A DNA stretch of 36,897 bases from Neovahlkampfia damariscottae (lineage: Eukaryota), in NCBI GenBank assembly GCA_016618085.1, contig JABLTG010000176.1, positions 1 through 36,897 on the forward strand. Direction: 5' to 3'. Below the pieces are notes generated by a model, which worked only from the letters and a program-made list of their open reading frames with translations, was not told the DNA's origin and did no database searches. This document shows positions 1 to 12,762 of this stretch, piece by piece. Every line of letters starts with the position of its first letter. Position 1 is the stretch's first letter. A program made the translations under genes and the position numbers.

Positions 1-134
1 TTGCTTATGGTGAATGTAGTGCAAGAACACAAAAAGGATTAAAAGAAGTATTTAATGCTGCTATTGAATCAGTTTTAGCTCCAAAAGGAAAAGAAAAAGA
101 AAAGAAAAAAGGTGGTGGTTGTTTACTCTTATAA
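1..134 (+). CDS. Rac/Rho-family small GTPase, 3' end (partial)
   Basis: Frame from base 3 reads AYGECSARTQKGLKEVFNAAIESVLAPKGKEKEKKKGGGCLLL*. It has the G5 ECSA motif, a polybasic tail and a CAAX box (CLLL). Confidence 0.92.
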   Translation, partial: AYGECSARTQKGLKEVFNAAIESVLAPKGKEKEKKKGGGCLLL

Positions 135-147
135 ATCAATTTTATTT

Positions 148-1999
<1,852 letters not shown>

Positions 2000-2055
2000 C
2001 AACTTTATGTTTGACCAAATTCACAAAACGATTGGTTCAAAATTATATTTTTTTT

Positions 2056-3672
2056 ATGTCGGGCACTGGAGTCGCTGAAATACCTGAAACTGGAATTGCA
2101 GAAGTTTCTGATTGTGAAGACCTTGAAAGTATTGAAATACATGATGGTCTTGAAGAAGTACTCGGTGAAGAAGAAGAAGAAAATGTTGAACCATTAGAAG
2201 TTGAAGAAAAAGAAAGAAATACAGAAAATCAATCTTTACTTGGAAAAGATGAAACAAAAAAAAAGAAAAAAAAAAGAAAAGAAGGTACAGGTTCATTGCT
2301 GAGTTCAATAATAAATTGCTTAAATGCAATATTAGGTGGAGCTCTATTAAGTATTAAGAAATTATTTTAACATATTTTTTTTTTTAGGTTTACCATTTGC
2401 TTTTAAACAAGCAGGATTTATAATTGGAATTATATTGATAATGTTTTGTGCTGTTTTCTCATTGTACACCATGGTCTTATTAGCTTTGTCAGCTGATAAA
2501 ACTAAAATTTATAACTTTAGTTCATTATCATATTATACTTATGGAAGATTTGGAAGATTATTTTCAAATTTAAGTCTTTTTGGATGTTTATTTGGAACTT
2601 TATGCGCCTATTTTGTTATTATTGGTGATTTTATTACACCATTGATAAATACATGGGCAGGAATCAATTTAAGTAGAGTAGTAGTAAGATATATAAATAT
2701 ATTTTGATTAATATTCAAATGATGAAAGGTTATGACAATTGCAATAGTTATTTTATTACCATTAACTTTATTACAAAATATGAGTGCACTTAGTTTTACA
2801 AGTTTTATAGCTTTAGGATCAGTTATTTATGTTATGTGTATGGTTATTACAAAAGGTATTATAGTACTTGTTGAAGAAGGATTACCAAAAGATTTCTTAT
2901 TAATCAATCCAAGTGTTGATATTTTACATGCATTTTCGATCATTGTATTTTCATATTCTGTTCAATTTAATGTTTTACCAATTCAGTAAGAATGATTATT
3001 AAATATTAAACAATAATAAAAGAAAAGAATTATCAAATCCAACACCATTAAGGATGGGTATTACTTCAACTATAAGTTCAATTGTTAGTTCAACTGTGTA
3101 TTTACTTATTGGAGCATTTGGATATATCACATTCAGTTCACAAGTATCAGGTAATATTCTAACAAATTATGATGATACAGCTATAACTGTTCAAATTGGA
3201 AGAATTGCATTAACAATGACTATTTTATTCAGGTTTTGAATCATTTTATTAATCATTTTGTCAAAGTTATCCTGTTGTAGCATTTCCATTGAAAATTGTT
3301 TTGACGAATGCATTATTCAAAAATTTTTGTCCTGGATTTTCAAAAGCCTATTCAATTGTTTTAAATATGACAATGACTGTTTTTATCATTGGTTCTACAT
3401 TTTTGGTTGCAGTTTTCGTTCCAGATGTTTCAATCATTTTTGGTATTCTTGGAGGATTAACATTAAGTTTTGTTTGTTTTGTTATTCCATCAATGATTTA
3501 CTATAAATTAAATGAATCTAGATGGTTCAGTATTCATTCAATTTTACCATTTTTTATGTCAATTTTTGGTGTTTTGGTTGCTGTTGTTACACTTGTTTAT
3601 GAATCAAAAAAATTAGTTGAATTAATCATTTCATTAATTCCAAAAACACCAATTATACCACCGGATCTTTAA
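2056..3672 (+). CDS. AAAP/SLC38-like amino acid transporter, copy 1, 4 introns
   Basis: Spliced product gives NAILGGALLSLPFAFKQAG, GYITF...GNILTNY and FSYPVVAFP, plus many TM segments. Introns: 2351-2387, 2684-2728, 2986-3022, 3233-3266. Confidence 0.88.
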
Positions 3673-3727
3673 AATTAAAATTTTATTAAACCAAATAATT
3701 TTAACCAATCAAAAACAGTTCTATCCG

Positions 3728-5232
3728 ATGTCGAAACAAACATCACCAACACCACTGACGACAACACCAACATCAACATTTCCAAATGAAGTCAATATGG
3801 AGACGTCATTCCTTGTTGAGGATGAATTCATATCATCACAACAACACACATTTTTTGAAGAGAATAAGAATAGAACTGGAAATTTATTTTCGTCTACAAT
3901 TAACTTTTTGAACACTGTACTAGGAGGTGCAACTTTGAGTTTGAAAAATAAAATTAATTTTGTCAGGCATTGCTGTTTGTTTCAAAGAAGCAGGTTAGTA
4001 AAAATAAAAACTAAAAAAAAAAAGGACTTATTACAGGTTTAATTTTACTTTTATTTTGTGCTTTTACATCAACATTAACCATGTTATTGTTAGTTAATTC
4101 AGCTAACAAAAAAAAGATATACAATTTAGAATTATTGGCGTATGAGACTTATGGAAAATTTGGAAGTTTTTTAACTAAATTTAGTTTATTTGGATGTTTA
4201 TTTGGAACATTATGTGCATACTTTGTGATCATTGCAGACTTTATAACACCAACTATTAACATTTGGTTTCAAATTGAAATTAATAGATTAACTATTATGA
4301 TACTTTCAATACTTTTCATTTTACCATTGACTTTAATACAAAATATTAATAATTTAAGGTTTACAAGTGGAATTGCATTACTTTCTTTATTATATGTTAT
4401 TTCTTTAGTTTTTATTAAAGGAATGATGAATTTTAAAGAATTAGGAAAAAATATTTTATTTTTCAATACTAACATATCTGAAGTATTACGTGCATTATCA
4501 GTTTTAGTTTTTGCATTTTCAATTCAATTTAATGTTCTTCCAATTCAGTTTTTTTTTTCAATTTTACTTAAATCATTTTTAAAAAAAGGAGAGAATTATA
4601 TAATCCAACTAATATTAGAATGGGTTTCGTTTCAATCATTGGTTCATTAGGAAGTATTTCAGTTTATTTAATAATGGGTATAATTGGTTATTTAACCTTT
4701 TCAAATTCAACAAAGGGTAATATTTTAAAGAATTATGATGATTCAGATATTTCCATTCAAATTGGAAGATTAGCATTAACTTTAACTGTATTATTTTCAT
4801 ATCCAATTGTGTCTTTTCCATTTAAAATATTGTTGAAAAATACAATATTTCAATCATTTTGTTCAAAATGGTCAAAAAAATCATCCATTTTGGTGAATAT
4901 CATTTTATCTGTAATGATAGTTTTTAGGTAAATTTATTTAATTTAAATATTAAAATAAATATAGTACATTTTTGATTGCAGTGGTTGTACCTGATGTCTC
5001 AATCATTTTTGGAATTGCAGGTGGATTAACTACAAGGTAATATTTTTAATTTAATAATTCTCATCATAGTTTAATTTCATTTGTAATTCCAACAATGATA
5101 TTCATTAAATTAAATGATTCAAATTGGTATTCACCATTTAAAATCATTCCAATTTTGATTATTTGTTTTGGTTTTTTTGTTGTAATTATAACAATAATCT
5201 TTGAAACAAAAAATTTAATTGAAAAATTTTGA
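3728..5232 (+). CDS. AAAP/SLC38-like amino acid transporter, tandem paralog, 5 introns
   Basis: Shares SLFGCLFGTLCAYFVII, QFNVLPIQ and QIGR with copy 1. Introns: 3939-3966, 3994-4024, 4548-4588, 4928-4964, 5037-5069. TGA stop at 5230-5232. Confidence 0.87.
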
Positions 5233-5246
5233 ATAAATTAAACATT

Positions 5247-6263
5247 TTAATTTCCATCAGAAATACCCCATCTATAATGTTTCTTTTCAATTATTTGTAC
5301 AATTGTATTGACATCAGTTTCTTCTAATTTTAATAAAAATTTGAATGCATTTTGATATGCCTCTGAATATTCATTGTTGAATGTATGATAAACTAAAACA
5401 TCAATATGAGCAAGTTGAGCTGCTAATATTTGTAATAAAGCCATTAATTCTTTATTTCCACCATATGCACCAGTTCCCCAATTTCCAGTATGAATAATAG
5501 TTTTAGTATCTTCATTTTCTAAAATAGTTTCATATCTTGCAGAAATGAATCCAGAATAGGCAGTCGATAAAATCCCAAATATTTGACTCAATGTATATTC
5601 TCCATGACCATATTTTGGTGCTTCAATACCAATAATGTTTGATAGTTTTGGTGGATCAAAAACAGTTATAGCACTTTTTATTGAGTCATCTGATGAAACT
5701 CTGAAAACATTACCATACAATCCTTTTGGTCTATTTTTAGATTCATTTGGTGATAATTCAACACTTATTCTTCTTTCTACACCTTTAATCAAACATGGTG
5801 TAGATATTCCATTTTTCAATCCTGTGTATGGTCCTTTCTTTATATCACCATTCATATTGGCTTGTAATTCTTCTTTAATAGATCCTAAAATTGGATGTTC
5901 TGCTACTTGTATTTCATCTTGTGCAAATAAACTACCACCATAAAATCCAAATAAATTAAAATCAGCAAAGTTGATGTGCCACTCTAATGAATTATCAATA
6001 TTAAGAGTTTCATAATCAAATGAATCTTCTTTCATTATTAATTTCGTTTTTGCCTTCAAAGTCTTTGGTAATGAAATACTTTGATATTTACTAAAAGTTA
6101 CCAAAGATTTATGAGGTATATCTTTTGATAAAGAGTATTTTGATAATAATTTTTTTTTAGAAGAAAATAGTTTTGGTGGATAATTGGAAATTAATTCTTC
6201 AGAATTATATTCTTTTTTAATCAATAAATTGGATTGTAGTTTTTTTTTTAATTGTTCTTCCAT
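5247..6263 (-). CDS. Poly(ADP-ribose) glycohydrolase (PARG)-like macrodomain hydrolase, intronless
   Basis: INFAD...GGSLFAQDEIQVAEHP resembles the PARG GGG-x-QEE loop, and TGNWGTGAYGGN resembles TGNWGCGAFGGD. First ATG is at 6263. Confidence 0.75.
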   Translation of the reverse strand: MEEQLKKKLQSNLLIKKEYNSEELISNYPPKLFSSKKKLLSKYSLSKDIPHKSLVTFSKYQSISLPKTLKAKTKLIMKEDSFDYETLNIDNSLEWHINFADFNLFGFYGGSLFAQDEIQVAEHPILGSIKEELQANMNGDIKKGPYTGLKNGISTPCLIKGVERRISVELSPNESKNRPKGLYGNVFRVSSDDSIKSAITVFDPPKLSNIIGIEAPKYGHGEYTLSQIFGILSTAYSGFISARYETILENEDTKTIIHTGNWGTGAYGGNKELMALLQILAAQLAHIDVLVYHTFNNEYSEAYQNAFKFLLKLEETDVNTIVQIIEKKHYRWGISDGN

Positions 6264-6316
6264 TGTGAGTTTACAAAAACAAAATTGATTGGATAAAAAT
6301 TTGTCCAATTATCTCA
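6264..6316. promoter_or_regulatory. Compact bidirectional promoter with opposed CCAAT boxes (representative example)
   Basis: 53 nt lie between divergent ATGs, with ATTGG at 6288 and CCAAT at 6305. The same arrangement recurs across the window. Confidence 0.65.
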
Positions 6317-7546
6317 ATGTCTTACAAAGCAACATCAAGTTTTCGTATTGAAAAACATCCAAATCAAAAATTAGCTTCAGGTGAAATGTGGTATTTTTCA
6401 CCACCTGTAATTCATTTAAATATATTTCATTGTTGGCTGAATGGAGATGGTGATGAAAAAACAGCAAAAAAAATAAAAGAAAATATTATAAAAGAAAATA
6501 GAAAATTAAATCAAAAAAATTATATTGAATCATTTAAAAGTAATGATGATTTACTTTTTGATTTTGTATTTAATCAAGTACAAACTCAATTTCGAATATT
6601 TGAAAAATTAAGAAACTTATTAATGAATCCATCTGAATTTTTAAATCAAGGATATTCATGTTTATTACCTATAGCACCAAGTGTAAAAGTAAGAAATCAT
6701 TTTCTTCTTAAAATTAAGAATGAAATGATTGAAAGATATTTTTCGTTTGACGAAGAAGTAGTTCGTGAATTTATTGGAAAAAAAATGACAGTAAAATTAA
6801 GAAAGGAATTAGAAAATATTAATGAAAAAACTAAATTAAATTTAATTTCAATTAAAAGACAATTTGATAATTTTTATTTTATTTTTAAAATTATTAAAGA
6901 GAAATATCAATTAAATGAAAAAAAAGAAATTATAAGTTTAAAAGAGATAATACAATTAGAATTCTTTTTATCATCTGAATTATCTGAAAAGTATAGTAGA
7001 ATAATATTTCTTTGTTTTCATCAATTTGAAACATTTAAAAAGAAATTAAAAGATTTAACATTCACAGAAATTGATTTATTTTCAGAATTAATGTTAAAAT
7101 ATTGGACAATACCAACATTTGATCCATTAAAAATACAATTAGATTTTAATATTTTAAGAGATTTTAAGAATTTATTATCCACCAATGATTTTAAAGAAGA
7201 AATAAAATTAATAATACAAGATGATTTAAGAAAAAATAAATTATCAGATAAAAAGATTGATTATTTAATGAATAAATTACCATTATTATTAAAGAATTTA
7301 ATTTCAATTGGTTCAGGTTTAGTTTTATCAAAAGAGATTCAAGATTTATTTATTGATATTTTTGATAAATTTATTGATCCAATTTCAAAATTAAAATTAG
7401 ATTTATTTGAATTTGATATATTTACAAAATCAATTTTAAATTCTTATTCAAAAATTAAATTAAAAGATCAATCTTGTATTTCAACTTGGGAAGACTATTT
7501 TTTTGTAATATCAAAAATATCTTTTATTTTATATCAAAAATTATAA
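6317..7546 (+). CDS. FIBP: Acidic FGF intracellular-binding protein homolog
   Basis: IERYFSFDEEVVREFIGKK...RKEL...EKT...SIKRQFDNF matches the conserved FIBP core. Probable in-frame intron at 6689-6718. Confidence 0.82.
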   Translation: MSYKATSSFRIEKHPNQKLASGEMWYFSPPVIHLNIFHCWLNGDGDEKTAKKIKENIIKENRKLNQKNYIESFKSNDDLLFDFVFNQVQTQFRIFEKLRNLLMNPSEFLNQGYSCLLPIAPSVKVRNHFLLKIKNEMIERYFSFDEEVVREFIGKKMTVKLRKELENINEKTKLNLISIKRQFDNFYFIFKIIKEKYQLNEKKEIISLKEIIQLEFFLSSELSEKYSRIIFLCFHQFETFKKKLKDLTFTEIDLFSELMLKYWTIPTFDPLKIQLDFNILRDFKNLLSTNDFKEEIKLIIQDDLRKNKLSDKKIDYLMNKLPLLLKNLISIGSGLVLSKEIQDLFIDIFDKFIDPISKLKLDLFEFDIFTKSILNSYSKIKLKDQSCISTWEDYFFVISKISFILYQKL

Positions 7547-7554
7547 TTATCTTT

Positions 7555-8028
7555 TTAATATACTTTAATAAACTTTTTAAACATAATATATGAAAATGAA
7601 ATTGGTGCAACATATGTTAAAGTCCATTCAAGTACTGTCCAACCCCATCCAGGTTCATCTTTTTCTTCTTCTTTTTTATTCATAATTGTACTACTTTTAG
7701 GTGATGATGTACTCTTGGAAACTGTTTTAGTTATAGGTGAAGTTGTTGAACTTCTTGGTGTTGTTGAATTTGGTGTTGTAGATTTTGGTGTTGTTGTTTT
7801 TGATGTTATTGGTGTTTGACCATCTTTTGGTGATGGTACATCTTCAAACATACCATTTTGTGTAAAACTTGAAGGTGAAAAAGGATCTTGGTATTTTTCA
7901 TTTACAGTTAAAGGTGTTTCTGATACTAATTTTGATGCTTGTGTTTCGAATTCAAAAGTTGTATTTAATCCATCTTCAAGAATATCATCCACATCAATTT
8001 CAATAAGGTTCTTTGAATCTTCACTCAT
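7555..8028 (-). CDS. Hypothetical Ser/Thr/Pro-rich protein, probably tail-anchored
   Basis: Open frame with repeated TP/SP sites and a C-terminal hydrophobic segment followed by basic residues. ATTGG box 25 nt upstream of the ATG. Confidence 0.7.
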   Translation of the reverse strand: MSEDSKNLIEIDVDDILEDGLNTTFEFETQASKLVSETPLTVNEKYQDPFSPSSFTQNGMFEDVPSPKDGQTPITSKTTTPKSTTPNSTTPRSSTTSPITKTVSKSTSSPKSSTIMNKKEEEKDEPGWGWTVLEWTLTYVAPISFSYIMFKKFIKVY

Positions 8029-8072
8029 TTTTTTTGAAATTAACAAGTCAATGATTGGTTGATTAAAATTAT

Positions 8073-8776
8073 TTATTTTTTTTCTCTTTCTTCTAAAAAT
8101 TTTTTTAATTCTGGAATATTTTTAAATTGTATCATTTTGAATTGTAAATTTTGTTTTTCAAATTTTTCATAATATTTTTCATCAAAATTTACTTTTCCAT
8201 TTTCATCTATTTGTTTCAAAACTTCATCTATTGAAACAAAAAATTGTGTTGTAAATGAATTCCAATGTTTTTTATTTTTTAAACAAGGTGAAATAAAATC
8301 TTGACTTATCAAATGTAAATGCAATAACCTGGATTGAAACTGGATTAATTCAAAATTCATCATTTACTTTAAAGAAGGTATTGCATGAAATCCCCATTTA
8401 AATTCAATATTACCATCTGTTTGTAAACTATTATTTAATATTTCTTTTCTGTTTTTACTTTATTTCTTTTGATATTTCTTTTGCCAATTCATTCATATGT
8501 TTCAATAAACTTTTATGATTTTTATTTAATTTTGAACAATTTGTAATACTTAAATCATTTGGTACAATTAATAAATGATACTTTGATTTTGGATATCCAT
8601 CATATAGAACTGTACATTCTTTATCTTTGTAATATAGTGATTTTGGATATTCATCAATGTTTTTACAAATTTCTATTAAAGCATCAGAAAAGTGACCTCT
8701 TATATTTAAAAGTTTGTTGTATTTACTTTAAAATTGGTTTTGAAAATTCGAAAGTGTACTTTGGAAATTTGTTCAT
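8073..8776 (-). CDS. APTX: Aprataxin-like HIT hydrolase, 3 introns
   Basis: Spliced frame gives [14 protein letters not shown] and [36 protein letters not shown]. The first intron has two frame-compatible placements. Confidence 0.88.
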
Positions 8777-8949
8777 TCTTTCTCTTCAGGATTTGATTGG
8801 ACAAACTTATGTATTTTTTTTTGTTTTCAAAAATGAACGATAATTCACTGTAAAAACGATGAAAGTTTTTTCAGGAATTTGGAGGCAAAAAACAACCAAT
8901 AAAATAACTTGTTTTTTTTGTCCAACCAAAACATCAACAGAAACGAAGA

Positions 8950-9738
8950 ATGACCTCCATCAACACTGAAATCAAAAATTTGATTACTGGAAATGAAGAA
9001 CATCTTAAAATATTGATAGAGTATGTCCATCATTTTAAACAAGTTGCTGTGTCCATAGAAGAACAAAACGAATCCAACAAGACTGAAGAATATAAAAAAG
9101 ACCATAAAGATGTAAAAGAACTTGAAGAAATAGCAAAAGGATTCATAAAAATGAGAGAAGAAACTGAGTAATATTTAAATTATTAAAGTATTTTTCAAAG
9201 ACATAATGTACAAGCTTTACAATCAATTTTGAACAATCCTCAACCTCCAAATGTTTTAGAACAAAAATATAAACAAGAATTCAAAAAATTTTCCAAAATA
9301 AAATTCAATGAAAAATATTGGAATGAACATGATCTGTATAACAAATTTCGAAAAGATGTCTGGGATATTCATCATAAAAATGAACCAAGACCATGGGAAA
9401 ATATTGATGATGATGATATTATTGATGCAACTCAACCTACACAAATGGATATTTTATGTCCAATTGGACGTAGTGTAATGAAGAATCCAGTTAAAAGTAA
9501 GAAATGTGTTCACATCTTTGATAAAGCTAATATTGAACAATATCTTGGTAAACAAACAAAGAATTGTCCTGTTGCAGGATGTAGTGCAAAATTATCAATG
9601 AATTTATTTTCACCAGATTATGAAATGGAAATTACAATTAAAGAACAATTGAAGAATCAAGCATCACAAAGAAATGATAAACCAGCAATATCATTAGATG
9701 AAGAAGAAGAAGAAGAAGATGAAATTATTGATTTATAA
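8950..9738 (+). CDS. NSE2: SP-RING SUMO E3 ligase NSE2/MMS21 (SMC5/6 complex)
   Basis: Acidic DDDDI linker followed by CPI...MKNPVKSKKCVHIFDK...CPVAGC. Intron 9168-9200. Confidence 0.85.
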
Positions 9739-9741
9739 AAA

Positions 9742-10898
9742 TTAATTTTTTATTTCATTATCATTATTATCCTTTATTAAAATGAATTCATTAATTTGAG
9801 AAAAGAGAGAATTATTTTTTTTATTATTCATCATTAATATTTGACAAGAATAACAAATATCATTTTCATTTAACATTAATTCATGATGACAAATATCACA
9901 TAATAATTGATTTTTAACATTTTCAATTTTAATTTTTTCTGAACTTCTTAAAATTGTATGAACAGTTGATGGAAATTGTGATTGTAATCTAATTATAAAA
10001 TTTTCACATAAATTATTAATTGTTCCTTTATCTTTTTTTAATAAAATATTTTTTGAAATTGAATTTGTTTTTAATTTTAAATAATAATTAAAGAATACAA
10101 TATCTTTTGAAAAATAATTTTTCATTGGTCTTAATAATTGTACCTGTTTATAATGTTCATCAATAAATGATAATTTTGAAGGTAATTGATATCCTCTACC
10201 TTTACTTGTATCACTTATTAATTTAGATGCTAATCTTGTTCCACTATTTCCTAATAATATTTTCTTAATACCTGATTTATTAGCTTCTAATACTAATAAA
10301 CTTTCAATTAATATTTCTAAAATATCATTTAATGAATTCTTTTGATCAAATAAATTCAAATAATCTTTTAATTCTTCATCTTTATTAAATAAATCTTCTA
10401 TTTTTAATATTTTTAAAGAATATCCTTAAAAAATATATTTGTTAGGTTTTTATTGGTTAAACTAACCTTTATAAAGTTCAACTATTTCTATAATATTTTT
10501 TGTATTTTCTTCTCTTTCTTTTGAATCTAAATTAAATATACTTCCTGTATCAATATAAACTACTTTAATTTTAAATGATCTTTTTCTTTCTTCTTCTGAC
10601 ATAGTATCAAAACATAAATGAAGCATAGCACGACTTGAAGGTCCACCTGATAATCCTAATAATAAAGTATCATCTTTTTTTATTTGAACTTTATGATGAA
10701 GTGTAGATTTAAATGTTTTATAAAATCCACTTAAAAACTCTTCTCTTTTATTTATTAATTTCTTTCTTTTTATTCTTACTTGGTTTGAAGTCCATTTCGA
10801 GTTTTAATTGAATAATTCTTATTCAATTTTTTCGTAATCTTTTTTTCTGGTTTCATTTCTCCACCATCACAAGTGTCTGTACTACATCCAGTGCTCAT
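9742..10898 (-). CDS. CTU2: Cytoplasmic tRNA 2-thiolation protein 2, 2 introns
   Basis: LLGLSGGPSSRAML, TSKGRG, LLRPMK, LQSQFPSTVHTILRSSEK and a C-terminal CxxC...CYSC. Confidence 0.85.
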
Positions 10899-11087
10899 TT
10901 TAAAATGAAGGAATTTGTCCAATAAAATTGAATCAAAATTAGATTTTAAAAAAAATAAACTCTCTTTGTAAAAATTGATTTTACAAAAATTTAAATTGTT
11001 TGTCCGTTACAAAAACGATAGTATTATGATTGGTCAAAACTTCAAAACCTCGTTTCCAACATCAGTGGCGTTGTACATAAACTTTGA

Positions 11088-12013
11088 ATGGGAAATTCAC
11101 CTACATCACAACAAATAGAGAAAATAAATATGCCTCAAGTTGCTGTGAGCCTGAAAAAAATATGGAAAAGGTAATCAACCAATTTATTTTTGGTTAATCT
11201 TTACTGAAGAAAATTGCTTCAACTTCCAGTTGGAAAAGATTTACCAAGATTATGCCGAAATTTTGTTATATATGATGAATATGGATTGCCTGTTACTACA
11301 AAATTGAATGAATCCTTTTCTGACATCCAACAAACTCAAGTGATACTTCATTCAATATTTGTTTCTCTGGCTAACGTGAATGAACTCTCTTCTTTAAAAA
11401 ATTTGACATACGAAAGTTTTGCAGAAGAAGTGAATCCGAGCGATCATGAATCTTTGAATCAGTTTATCTTGAAAAATTTTGGAGAAGAAGCAAAAACTAC
11501 ATTGTTGCTAAAATCATGCAATCAAAGGTATTTTATGACATAAATTAACTATTTAAGTTGTATGGCTCCACCTATTACTCAATTAAAGAAGGTTCTCCTC
11601 AGAAAAATTCAATATAAAGATGTTCAAGGTATTTCTTTCTTTCATTGATTCAATTTTCCAAAGGTGGATGGAAAGTAGAGATACATTGTAAAAAAAATCA
11701 ATTCCTAGTGATTCATTCAAGAATTGAGCAGGTAATTGAAAAAGTTTCGCCTGGATACAAAATGTCTTATCGATTTCGTTGGAAATTTGTGATGGTTTTT
11801 GATGTAATTAACGATTCAATAGAATTAAATGAAATCTACTATAAATTTATTGATTGTGATTTTGATAAATCGGAGGTTCAGATGAATTCAAAAGAAAAAA
11901 AAGAAACCATCGATTTTTTTGAAAAATTATTGAATGATCTCACAATAAACTATTCTTCAGATGTATATAAAAAAGAACAAAAGGCAGAAGATGAAAAAAA
12001 TTTGAATAAATAA
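11088..12013 (+). CDS. Hypothetical protein, possibly N-myristoylated (MGNSPTS), 3 introns
   Basis: Three GT-AG introns join the ORF pieces into one frame (KDLPR...CNQSCMAP...YKDVQGGWKVEI...FRWKF). It resembles an amoebal family recalled as GlfB C-terminal-like, which is unverified. Confidence 0.65.
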
Positions 12014-12103
12014 TTTTTTCGAAAATTCATTGGACAAAATTTCTCCAATAAATATCTGGAATTTTGTAAATCTGATTGGCCTACAAGTCTAAAGTAAAAA
12101 ACA

Positions 12104-12586
12104 ATGAAGGTGAGTTAACAATTGAGATTTTAATATTAACTTTATTAATAGTATAATAAAGACGTCTCATCATCAAGAAGAAAAAGCAGAAAGGCACATT
12201 TCACTGCTCCATCTAGCGTCCGTCGTATCATTATGTCAGCTCCTCTTTCAAAAAGTTTAAGAGAAAAATATAACGTACGTTCAATGCCAATTAGAAAAAA
12301 TGACGAAGTAAAAATTGTTGTTGGAAAAAAAAAAGGAACTGAAGGAAAAGTTAAAACATGTTACAGAAAAAGATATTGCATTTATGTTGAACGTGTAACA
12401 AGAGAAAAGGCTAATGGTACACCTGTTGATGTTCCAATTCACCCTTCAAATGTTGAAATCACAAAACTTCATATGGATAAAGACAGAAAAGCTCTTTTAG
12501 CTAAAAAAGCAAGAGGAAAATCAGGAGAAAAAATTGAAAAAATCCAACAATCACAAGTTAAAGACTCTATGGATAAAGTAGATTAA
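12104..12586 (+). CDS. RPL26: 60S ribosomal protein L26 (uL24)
   Basis: [36 protein letters not shown]...[12 protein letters not shown]...IHPSNV. Intron 12110-12151. Confidence 0.97.
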
Positions 12587-12655
12587 ACCCAACAAAATTT
12601 TTAATTCTAATTTCGAAATTTTTTTTTTTTTTTTTCCTAAGAAAAACCCAAACTT

Positions 12656-12749
12656 TGAATATATTACAACTTCTTGAAGATTAAAAAAGTGAACATTAAG
12701 GATGTGAAATTATGTCTGAATATATTACAACTTCTTGAAGATTAAAAAA
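12656..12749. repeat. Two-copy 33-nt direct repeat, period 61
   Basis: tgaatatattacaacttcttgaagattaaaaaa occurs at 12656-12688 and 12717-12749. Each copy is followed shortly by tgaaca. Confidence 0.9.
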
Positions 12750-12762
12750 ATATGAACAAAAT

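Noticed and set aside
6264..6308. TTG/GTG-initiated N-terminal extensions in the ORF track (also at 2002, 8046, 16226, 17063, 21338, 31335)
   Set aside because: In a eukaryote the downstream ATG is the likely start, and most extensions run through CCAAT promoter sequence.
5247..9738. Apparent DNA-repair cluster (PARG-like, aprataxin, NSE2)
   Set aside because: The genes are interleaved with unrelated ones and share no visible special element. Chance adjacency is plausible without synteny data.
12656..12749. CRISPR-like repeat-spacer-repeat
   Set aside because: There are only two copies, the context is eukaryotic and no cas genes are present.
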